Positions 39,420-50,690 of a stretch of DNA of 64,000 nt are shown here, piece by piece (positions within the stretch are counted from its first letter, which is position 1; each line of letters opens with the position of its first letter). The DNA is from Octopus sinensis (taxonomy: Eukaryota): contig NC_043005.1 in the NCBI RefSeq assembly GCF_006345805.1, positions 40,238,001 to 40,302,000 on the forward strand, written 5' to 3'. Below the pieces are notes generated by a model. That model was not told where the DNA came from and did no database searches. It worked only from the letters and a program-made list of their open reading frames with translations. Position numbers and translations under genes: made by a program.

Positions 39420-41282
39420 TACATACCTACATACATACCTACATACATACATACATACATACATACATGCACAAGAAGATCTGTACTCTGCAGCAGAAGT
39501 GTTAAGACTGATCCAGCTGGTGGTGTGAAGTACTTGTATACATATAAGCACCCATCCCATGCAGTGTCACGTAAAAGTACTTGTGTGGTGCATTGTAAAA
39601 GTGCCCATACGGCACCATGTAAAAGTACTCATGTGGTGCCACGTAAAAGCACCCACCACACTCTGTATAGTGGTTATGTTAGGAAGGGCATCTGGCTGTA
39701 GAAATCATGCCAAATCAGACTGGAGTCTGATGCAGTGCCCCACCTTACCAGCTCTGATTCAACTGTCCAATCCATTCCAGCGTGGACAATAGATGTTAAA
39801 TCATGATGATGATAATGATGATAAATATGTATATGATGCTGATATATACATGCCCACTGGTGTTTGTATACATCTTCTGTACACATATATGTTGTTAATT
39901 GTGTATATGTGCATACTATGTTTGTATCTATTGTATGTAGGGGTTTGTCTAATATATGTGTGTTTATGTCAGTGCATGTGTTTGTATATGTAATGCATAT
40001 ATGTGTATTTATGCCTTCAGATTGATCTTGTTATTGTTTCTTTGCAAGGTAAGTCTCAGTTGATGAAATAAATCACTGAACCAGAGACGAAATGAGCTGT
40101 AATTTTTCTTATCATGTTCACACATAAACACACAAGTCTTTATGTTCCTTGTTATTACAAATAGGCATTTTCTGACACATACTGCAGCAGTAATCTTCAT
40201 GTCATGTACTTTCCCATAGAAGCATCCATTTATCTAAACACATATACACATGCAAACAAACAATTATCTATGCTCACACATTAACACATGCAAACAAACA
40301 ATTATCTATGCTCATACTTTATCTAGGTACATATACACACACACTTTTATGCACCACTTATAAACCCCATGTTTGCATAGTTATATTTTGTTTTGTTAAA
40401 TAACGCTAAATGACTGTTATTGTGATGTGGTTTTGACCTTCCTGCCATTACATTGTCAATTAAAAGTTAAAAACGGTGGTTTGCGTTGGTTGTGCAGGAG
40501 AAAATTACATAGCAGGTAATATGCTATGGATACAGTCACTTTTCTCTTGCTGTTATTTTTTTAGCATTGTTATTGAGTAACCTACAGTCACCTCTGTTTG
40601 AGCAAACTGATAGATAATTTTCTTTCTTGGAAGTTATCGAAATATTGAGCTGATAAGAGATAAACTCTACCTCTCTACAGGTCTTATGCTCCTCAAAGCT
40701 CCTCAACTCACATTGCCTGCATGTGGAGCAGTGTTGTAATTACTGAATGTTCGCCACTTGTTTCTCTTTTCTTTCAACAAAACTGTGTAGAGATTAAAAA
40801 AACACAGACATGACTGTGTGGTGAAGAAATTCACTTTCCAGCCACATGATTTTGGATTCAGTCCTACTGCATGACATTTTGGGCAAGTGTCTTCCATTTT
40901 AGTCCCAGGTTGACCAAAGCCATAACCTTCATGTTGTCATGCAGATCTGTTGTGTGTGTATCGTGTTGGTTGTTGTCATCATCATCATTATTTGATAGGA
41001 GAGCTGCACCCAATTCCATTATCTGTTTTGCTAGGGTTTCTTCAACTGTATGCCCTTCCTAACACTAATCACTTTACAGAGTGAACTGGGTGCTTCTTAT
41101 GTTGCACCAGCACCAGTAGTTCTTTTGTTCTCCTATTATATAACCCCACTTTGTTGAGACGATTGAAAAAAGGTACTTAGATACCAATTCATGGATATTT
41201 GTTGTGTCTTTTGAAATGATGCTAGTTCACTTGGAGTTTTAGGAAAAATATCAGATTTTCTAGGATTCTAAATGTACTAGAT

Positions 41283-41581
41283 CAGTGGTTCCCAAACTGC
41301 TCCCTTGATACCCAGGCCACATTCCTAGTGCCCCTGCCCCAACTAACCATCACAAACAGACCTCTTTCTAAAGCAAATTCAAAGTAACTGTATTTCACAA
41401 ATAAAACTTAACATAATGAACCCTTTATTTTGTTGTTTTTACATGAATTGTTACCTCATTATTGCCCCACTTTTTACATGAATCACTTAGCTATTATTGC
41501 TCCACTTTTCTTCAATGCCCTCTTGGAACTTTCTACCATCCCAGGTGGGTGGGACAATACTGCCCACTTTCGGAACCACTG
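41283..41581. mobile_element. hAT (Charlie-like) MITE
   Basis: TIRs cagtggttcc/ggaaccactg with perfect 8-bp TSD tactagat (41275-82 and 41582-89). Confidence 0.9.
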
Positions 41582-42467
41582 TACTAGATTTTCTAGACTT
41601 TTCTTGCAAGCAACAAATATATAGTTTTTTGCTTGAAAAGATACATCTTGCATATAATTAGTTACTGTTACTGAATCCAGAGTTAATGAGGAGCTTTATA
41701 GTTTGTTGTTCAGCCCTAGGTCTGCTTTGATTGAGTAGACCTATGATCAAGGGCATTATAGTCTTGGTCTATCTTGTTAATGTGAAACTTTTGTATCTGA
41801 TGTATCTTTTCTTTTTATTTTTTTAAGATAGCACAATATGATTCAAGGACGATTTGATTGTTATTTCTAGTATGTTGAAGCCCCCTGTTGGCTTGTTATG
41901 TTCTGTATTTATCCTCTATGATGACTTTTTGATAACATGCTATCTTAAGTTATTTTTTCCTATTATTTCTGATGGAGCTGTGACCATTATAAAATTTTTG
42001 TTGTTTTAAGACAATGTTTTAAAACTAATGAGCAGAGATCTTTCTAGAAATAACAATTGCATAGAAACTTCTTCATTATTTTGTTCAATAGATAGTTTTA
42101 TTGTGTGTGTAGTTATTTATTTTCCTGGTGAGTCTCGAGGAAAAGGCAGTGCTCATAGTGGGAAAGATATGAATGAGGAGGGAAGGAATTCCGGAAAACC
42201 TGGACATTGTGATTAAGGTGGAGCTTGGAAGTTTAAACATAACAAAGGTGTTGTGTTTGGAACATTTTGTTGTTGTTCATAGATTGTTTTATTTCACTTG
42301 GTTGTGGCTATACTTCCACCCATGACGCTGATATACTGTTTATAAATAAATTGATTAAATGTTTTTATGATTTGACCCTGTTGTTGAAATGAACATTTGA
42401 TTAAATTTATTTTTGTATATTATGTAACTGTTAATGATTTTTGTTTTATTTTTTCTCCCTTTTCTAG

Positions 42468-42562
42468 GCAGCTTATAAAGAAATGGTTCCAATACTTGTT
42501 TAATTAGATGTGATATCGTGGAAAGATTTTGGTAATCAAACCCCTGCTGAAAGTTTCGACTA
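42468..42562 (+). other. Probable 5'UTR exon of the MFHAS1-like gene
   Basis: Strong polypyrimidine tract with tttctag| acceptor and perfect |gtaagt donor. Joining to 50681 creates an in-frame TAA just before the ATG at 50691. Confidence 0.6.
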
Positions 42563-42670
42563 GTAAGTATTTCTTTTTTTCTATTTTCCTTTTCAGGATG
42601 TTATGTAATGTTTATTTCTTGATACTTTACAAGGGTGTTGATTTGGGAAAGAAGATATTTTCCTCTAAAC

Positions 42671-42955
42671 CAGTGGTTCTCAGTCAGGGTCCACATGGCC
42701 TCTTTGGAGGTCCATGGGACAAAAACTTTAGGGACCTTGAAAAAGTTTTGCTTTAAATGTATGTAGTGGTATGTATGGCAAGAAACAGCCAGGCATTTTT
42801 CACTAACATTTTGCATAGTTCAGCAAACACAAATTAATGTGTGAGAAACAAAATAAGAATTTTGAAAGAAGTATCTATAAAACTAGTTTTTAAGTATGAA
42901 AATGGTTATGGGGGTCCACCAAAGGCGTCTGCAGATAAAAAATGGTTGAGAACAC
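42671..42955. mobile_element. hAT (Charlie-like) MITE
   Basis: cagtggttctca ... tgagaacac with eroded right end; ctaaac repeated on both flanks. Confidence 0.6.
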
Positions 42956-44361
42956 CTAAACTATTACATGTGCATGCACACAAAACAAATTATCATGTGC
43001 ACATAAAAAGTTAGTTGCTTAAAATGATGTTCTTTCATTTAATGTCTATGGTGGGGCTGGATGGGGCAACATTTTATGGCTGGATGCTCTTCCTGTTACC
43101 AACACTTACCTATTTTTCAGATATATTTGACTAGTCTTTGAACATGCAAAGTGACCAATTGTCATGTCAATTAGGAATGTACACATCATATTACTGATTT
43201 GCTCAGATGATGACCGAAGTGCATGCACATACATGGGAGCTTACTTATATACACACACACGTCATTGTTGTCACTTTAACATTTGCTTTTGATGCCTTCA
43301 TGTGTCAGGCAAAAGTGTGTTGAGGCAGAATTGTTTCCTACTGAATGTCTTTCCATGTGTCCACTCTATTTGTTTCCAATCTCTCTGTCTAGCAAACAAC
43401 AAACTTATGTGGAGAACTGGAAATAAACACCATTGGTTGAATAAGCCTTTTGTTTATAAAGATCATGCAACATGTCAAGAAGCCCAGACATGCAAACAAA
43501 CAATACCACCAGAAGCTATTGTTTACAAACCAGTGAATGTGAAAGAAATACAAACGTCACTCACACAAATGCACATTCACACACATAGACATAAACACAA
43601 ACACACAAACACGTAAATAACATGACATGGAGAATTTTAGATAGAGCTTCACCTTACATAAAAGACCCATCAAATGTAATTTATGTCTTTTGGAAAAATT
43701 CTATATTTTATTCCAGGACAATAGCGCTTTGAATCAAAGACGCAAACTCTTGAATTCCTGCAGACATGCAACAAAATTTAAAATGTCAGCTGACAAAATA
43801 CCATGTCGATAGTATATATTTTTTGAATCTTGAACTAGTTTTCAATCCCACTGTTGGATTTGTATTTTGTAATGCATGGATTTTCGCATCGCAAAAATAT
43901 TGTAAATATTGCGACGTATTTCTTGAGAAAATCTTTGACTGTTTTATGTATATATTATTCTCATGTTTAAGATTTTATTTTTATTCCATTTAATCATTAT
44001 ATTTATAGATAATTCGATATATGGTGTCCATTTTGCATGTCTTTTATCCAATTTTTATTATTATACACTCAGCAATTTTTAAAAAGTTGTTTGTATATAT
44101 ACGTTAAGACCTAGATATGCTTTTATGTGGATGTCTGTATTGTAAGCATGCATATGTATTCGTATGTGTGCGTCTGTGTATATGTGTAAGCTTGTATGTT
44201 TATACTTGTACACATATGTATATGGATGTATATGTATACATGTATACACTTATATTTGTGTGGATATGTATTTACGTGCATATTTCTATATCTTTATATA
44301 CGTGATCTTATATGTGTATTTATATGCCAATATATACTTATGTATATATATGTAATTTTAT

Positions 44362-45189
44362 GGATCTTTTCCTTTTGAACAGCACTTTGTAACATAATTT
44401 CTAGTTAACTAAACACTTTTAAACTTCGTATACTGGTAGAATGTGTTTATAAAACATCTTTTTTTCTTGGCTTTATTGTGAAAATTCTATAGTTTGTAAG
44501 ATATTTCATCTGAAATTTCGAGCATTTCGGCAATTTTAACCAATCGCTGGAGTCCATTTAGGTAAACAACATTCCGTGCTGTATGAATATGTCCCTCCTT
44601 TAAGAAACAGATTGGGTTTATTTACATTTGTGAAGAAAAAAAGATACCCTTCCCCAACCTCAAACCCTAACTAACCCTAACCCTAAATCTAAAATAGATT
44701 GAAATGCAATAGATCAATACTAGGGCCATAATTATGGGTGTCATTTTCATTTGACACCGCTAGAAAAAAATCCCATTTTCCATAGTGGTGTCGTATGAAA
44801 TTGTCACTCATAATTATGGCCCTAGTATCGATTTATTGCATTTCAATCTATTTTAGATTTAGGGTGAGAGTTAGGGTTGGTTAAGGTTAGGGGTGGGGGA
44901 AGTGTATCTTTTTTCTTTACAAATGTAAATAAACGCAATCTGTTTCTTAGAGGAGGGACATATTCATACAGCACGGAACGTTTTTTACCTAAATGGACTC
45001 CAGCGATTGGTTAAAATTGCCGAAATGCTCGAAATTTCAGACGAAATATCTTACAACCTATAGAATTTTCTCATTAAAGCCCAAGAAAAAATGATGTTTT
45101 ATAAACACATTCTACCAGTATACGAAGTTTAAAAGTGTTCAGTTAACTAGAAATTATGTTGAAAAGTGCCATTCAAAAGGAAAAGATCC
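44362..45189. mobile_element. 828-bp foldback DNA transposon (MULE/Merlin-like termini)
   Basis: Arms of about 400 bp are mutually reverse-complementary with a ~20-nt spacer; GG...CC ends; 8-bp direct repeat aattttat at 44354-61 and 45190-97. Confidence 0.85.
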
Positions 45190-45809
45190 AATTTTATTTT
45201 ATGTGTATGTTTGTTACACATATTCCATCACCTATTTCTCTTTCTTTTTCTTTCCTTACACAAAGTACCCTTTTTCTCCCTATTCGTTACTTTGATAGTG
45301 TCCTTAAACAATGCGTTCCTCTTCTCCCCCCTTACTTCCCTCTTTCTTTCGCTAGCTGTTACATTTTTTCTTTTCTTTCCCCCTCCCTACGTTTAAGATA
45401 TACTTTCTATCTCTTGTCTGTTATAACTAACTTGTATATGTATGCACCAAGAGATTTTTATGCACGTCCATATATGTATATGTGTGTATGTGTATTTGTG
45501 CGTATATTTATGTCTTACATATATATGCCTGTATATGTATGTAGCTATGTGCATGCATCTGTGTATTTTGATGTATATATGTATATGGTCTAGTATGGGT
45601 ATATACTGTTGTAAAATATGTAATGCAGCGTGAACATTTTAATTTTAATGTATTAATTGACTTATATTTTGTATATAATTATTTACAATATGTATTTTGA
45701 ATCTACTCTACGATTTAAGGTTTTCTTCGATTTTACAATAGGATGAATTTATATTGGATTCATTTATTTTGTTCATTGCATGCTTAAGACAGTTAATTGA
45801 AACGATCAA

Positions 45810-46010
45810 TAAAACAAATCCAAGCATCTCAACAATCTCACCAGACCTACCTTTCAGTGTGTCCACAGTGAGTCTGCCAACCCTGAGGGTGTGGGCTTGT
45901 GAGACCCTGGGATGGGGGACAGCAGCGTCATGCACCTGAAAAGAAAGCTCCCATTTGGCAGATTTCATAAACAAACAACAGCCTTCAATCTGCATACAAT
46001 ACACCATCAT
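45810..46010 (-). mobile_element. RTE 5' fragment (start of APE domain)
   Basis: HTLRVGRLTVDTLKGRSGEIVEML. Confidence 0.65.
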
Positions 46011-46169
46011 TTTTATGTGCTATATGATCACTGGGGCTCTGCCATTTGGTGTTCCTACATAATTTTACTTCATGAATGCTTTTCAGGAATTGACATTTGG
46101 TGCATGAGGTAGTTTGATGCCGCTGCCCTCATCTGCACCACAGGCAATAAAAAAAACAAGGGGACGTCA

Positions 46170-46690
46170 CAATCTTACAGCTGGACCTAAGCTCAATATA
46201 CAAGTGGGCTAAAATAAACAACATGCAGTTTAATGCTGGAAAATTTCAAACACTGCACTATCAACTCAGTACAAACACAGTATGATCTACATTTACAGGA
46301 CCCGAAGGCTCTATAATCCCAGAGTCACATGCAGTGAAAGACTTGGGGATCAGTATGTGCAATGATACATCATTTCATATGCACATATGCAAGGTGGCAG
46401 CAAAGTGCAGACAACTGGTTGGATGGATACTGAGGTCCTTCAAGACAAGAGACCAAGAAACTATGTTGACCCTGTAGAGAACCTTTGTTCTCAGCTACCT
46501 GGACTAGTGTTCCCAGTTATGGTCACCACATAGTGCCAAACTAACAGTGGAGCTTGAAGCAGCGCCACTACACTAAAAAGATTGAAACAGTGCAGTGAAT
46601 GAGCTATAGGGATAGGCTGAGAAAACTACAGCTCTACTAGTGAGCAAGGGCTTTTCAGTAGTCAAGTTGGAAGTCACTGACTTGTTCTTG
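46170..46690 (+). mobile_element. CR1/L2-type LINE RT C-terminal remnant
   Basis: DLSSIYKWAKINNMQFNAGKFQ..VKDLGI..LVGWILRSFKTRD..CSQLWSP. Confidence 0.8.
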
Positions 46691-48465
46691 CTCCGCTTAC
46701 CTTATATTTCTTCAAGTTAGTTCAAATTACCTTGATTATTGATATGTCCATTGTAATGATAGAGGCATTATCTATATATGTACACACTGATTTATTGAGT
46801 CTCACTCTTGCTGTAAATTGAATCTTGCTGTAAATTGAATCTACAGAAGCTGTGAAGAGAAGAGTAGGTCTTGATGGTACCCACTCATGGTAATGAACGG
46901 TTCTGGAAGATGGCCATTTATGCTGACCACCAAGGAGATATTGAGTTATAATGAGTTTTGTAGCCTCTGAAGGCAAGATGCATGCTAGCTGTACTTAACT
47001 CTTTAGCATTTAAACCAACAATATCTTGCCTATTTTATGTCAAAACTGGCCAGACCCATCCCCTGACACCTACAATATTGTCGTAAAAATAAACAATCAC
47101 GTCATTGAAATCTTGCAGTTACTAGATAATGTTATGATTAATTCAAAACAATGTAAATAAATAAGCATTACATTTGATAGAGTAATCTGAATGCTAAAGT
47201 TCATGTAGTTGCTTTTGAATTATTTGTATGTATTAAAGCTGCATGGAAGGTTGATCTTCTTTCCTTCTCACTGGTGTACTACACAAAAACCTTCCTGGAA
47301 TTGCATAGGTTTTGGTTTCAAATTTTAACACAAGGCCAGCAGGTTTGGGGTAGGGGCCAAATTGACTTAATGGACCATGGTGTTCAACTGGTGCTTATTT
47401 TATTGACTCCAAAAGGATGAAAGACAGAGTCGACCCCGGCAGAATTTGAACTCAGAACATACAGATAGACAAAATGCTGCACAGCATTTCACCCAGCATG
47501 GTAATGATTCTGCCTGCTTGCCACCTGCCGCTGGGAGATACAACATGTCACTTTGGGGCTTAACCCATTAGAATTTAAACCAGCCATATCCGGCCAAAAG
47601 TATCGTGCCTGTTTTATGTTCAAACTGGCCAGATCTGGTCTCTCAGACCAACCCTACAATATTGTTTTAAAAATATTGTTTTAAAACAGCTACCTCATAA
47701 GAATCTCATAACTACAAGATAATGCATGATTCGTTCAAAACAATGTAGATGAAGAAGCATTAATTTGGCAGAATAATGTGAACACTAAAGGATTAAACTG
47801 ACATGCCTTCTTATATATGTCATATCAAAGTTTTGTTACATTGTTTCTCTGTTACTTATACTCATTCAATTGCTTTCATAACCTCATGTTTTAGAACATG
47901 TATCATAGCTCAGTCAATGTATCCTTTTTGTTAAAAAATAGTTAAGCTGTTTTAGCTACAAACACATATTCAATACTATCCTTTCTATAAATGCCTTCTA
48001 TTCTGTCAGTTCCTACTCGAGTTGATAAATTTTTTTAATATTGAAAGTCTTTACTAAATCTAACAAGGTTCTTATCTAGTTTTCTTTTTCAACCTCAACC
48101 ACTTAATTAGTTCATCAATCCAGTTCCTTCTTAAATAATTTAGTTTAATCAATCACTATATACTTTCCATTTGAGAAATGGGACATTTTAGCTTTCAATT
48201 TAATTGGGTCTGTGTTTGAAACATCAAATCTAAATTGATTATACATATCTAAAACTTGTGTTTTTATTTTTAGCTAACAACATAAAATTGCATGCTCGTA
48301 CACCATACTTATCAGCTAACCTAATTATCATATCAAGCTACAATTTTCCGTTGTTTCATTGTAACTTACAATGGGGAAATTTGGAAGAATTGTAGCAAGG
48401 TCATATCCTTGAAAATTTCCATGCCTTCTGAAATTTGCCAACAGTGCACCTGACCCCCCCCCCCC

Positions 48466-48498
<33 letters not shown>

Positions 48499-48502
48499 TA
48501 TT

Positions 48503-48822
48503 AAGGTGGCGAGCTGGCAGAACTGTTACAGTGCTGGGTGTTTGTCTGCTGATATGTTTTAAGTTCAAATTACCATGAGTGACCTAAATAATAATAATAA
48601 TAATAATGATTATAGTAATGATAATAATAATAATAATAATAATGATAGCATCGGAAAGTACCTTAGGAATGAGAACCCAGATTCAAAATTTCCCCCAAGA
48701 CACCTGATGAAGGCTGGAGGCTATATCAGCTGAAACGTTGTGTTGACAACAAACAAGATGAGGATAAGTATCCATCGAATGTAAATAATGTAAATAATTC
48801 CTCATCTCTTAAATATAGAACT
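48503..48822 (+). mobile_element. tRNA-like head + (AAT)n + hammerhead-bearing tail (solo pLTR/SINE-like element)
   Basis: SINE-A-type head, gtgacct, triplet microsatellite, then the ggaatgagaaccc..cctcatctcttaaatatagaac tail homologous to 63395-63540 and inverted 62572-62690. Confidence 0.7.
48699..48744 (+). ncRNA. Minimal type I hammerhead ribozyme, core intact
   Basis: GACAC CTGATGA a GGCTG gaggctatat CAGCT GAAAC GT T GTGTT. Stem I GACAC/GTGTT, 5-bp stem II, palindromic stem III ACGT, GUU cleavage triplet. Confidence 0.8.
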
Positions 48823-50690
48823 GTATAATATATGTTTCAACACACGAACTCGTATAAAGAATCTTGCAAACCAAATCTCAAAACAAGTTAATAATAGGAG
48901 TTATTTCCCCGTTTGCATACTTTTGGGAAAACCTTCGGGATTGTGGATGTGTGTGTGTATATGTGTGCACACATGCACACACACGCATGAGCACAATTAT
49001 GTCATACCAACTTAAGAAAAGCACACAATGGATAATGTCATCCCGACAGGTTTTTATTACAATGTATGCTTTAACCCTTTAGTGTTCAGATTACTCGGTT
49101 AAATGTAATACTTTTTCACTTAAATTGTTTTGAATTAATCATGCATTATCTTATAGCTTTGAGGTTTCAATGATGTGAATGTTTATTTTTAGAATGTCAA
49201 TGTAGGTTAGGTGTGAGAGGCTGGATATTGCCAGTTTGAATATAAAACATGTATAATATATTGGGCCGGATGTGGCCGGTTTAAACACTAAAGGGTTAAT
49301 ATTCTTTGACTAGTTTCAGTCATTGCTCTGTAGCCATTTTGGAGTCCTGCTGACAAGAGCAGAAATTAGTCATGTCAACCTCACTATTTTTTTTAGCCTG
49401 ACATTTGCTTTTATCACTCTCTTTATTGAACAACTAAGTTATGCGTGTGTGTGTCTGTGGGTATTGGGCTAAAAATGATTGGTTGGGTTGCTAAGGTGAC
49501 TTAGCCATTTATTAATTTATTAATTAAAGAATGATAGAATAAGTACCAGATTGAAATACATAGTGGGATTTGATATTGGTTTAAGCCTTCAACAGTGGCG
49601 CTGTTGATGTTGTGTCATTTCTTGACTCTTCCCTTGTTATTCAGGAGCTTAACTTGCTAGATATAACAAATCATCATCATCATCATTTAACGTCCAATTT
49701 CCATGCAGGCAGGAGTTGAACAGTTTGACTGGAGCAGGCCAGCTGAAGAGCTACCTGGGCTCCATGCTGGATGCCCTTTCTAATTACCAACTTTACAGTG
49801 TACTGGGTGCTTTTTATGTGGCACCAGCACCTGTGAGCCTGCAAGATTAATTGCTCAGCTGAAGAGAGATGCAGGAGACATGCCTGTATGCAAGGACAAC
49901 CACGGTTTTTAATCTTCTCAAATTCTGATTAACTAGATATAGCAAGTAAATCTTTTCAAATTACACTTTCCTATCTTAAAAACAAAAAATTAAGGAAGGA
50001 CACATTAGATAATGTTCTTGATACACTATGTCCAAATAAATGACAATATTACCATAGCCTGAATGTTTTTAATCATAGGTTTTTCCATTCAGGGTTAACT
50101 TGACATTAGATATCTAACAGGTTTATCATTCAGTTTCATAGATGCTTAATTGACAAAAATCATCATAATTTTATATCAGCTTTGCTGTGCTGGCATGGTT
50201 GAATGGTTCTTTTATGGCATAATACCTTGCCACTTGTTGCAGTCTCTGATCATCTGTCTCCTTCATGAAATTAAGCATTCTGAGATCAGGCTGCACACCA
50301 TTCTTTCCATATCCTACTCGTTTGCAGACTCCTTCCACTCGTATCACTTGACCTTTAATGAAAATACTCTCTGTCATATACATTGCATGTCTATACCAGC
50401 ATAGTTTTCTGCCTTGTACACTACAGCTGATTACTACAACTTAGATTTTGTGAATGTGGCAATTATTGCATCATGCCATCTTGGGAGTATTGTGTTGAGT
50501 TGGTTGATGAATGTGATTCCTGGATGTTGTATTGTGTCTTCCGATGTATGTGTGTCTGATGAGTGCTCATGTATTGCTGTTGTGTAATAAATTTTCTCAA
50601 TGACTCTTTAATATTGTTAAGTTCACTTTTATCTCTGATTAATTTATTTAACTCTAATATTTTTTTTTCTTACTTCGCAGAATACCAAAG

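Noticed and set aside
40243-40318. 38-bp tandem duplication; also a 17-bp duplication at about 46808-46841
   Set aside because: Ordinary slippage-type duplications with no further structure.
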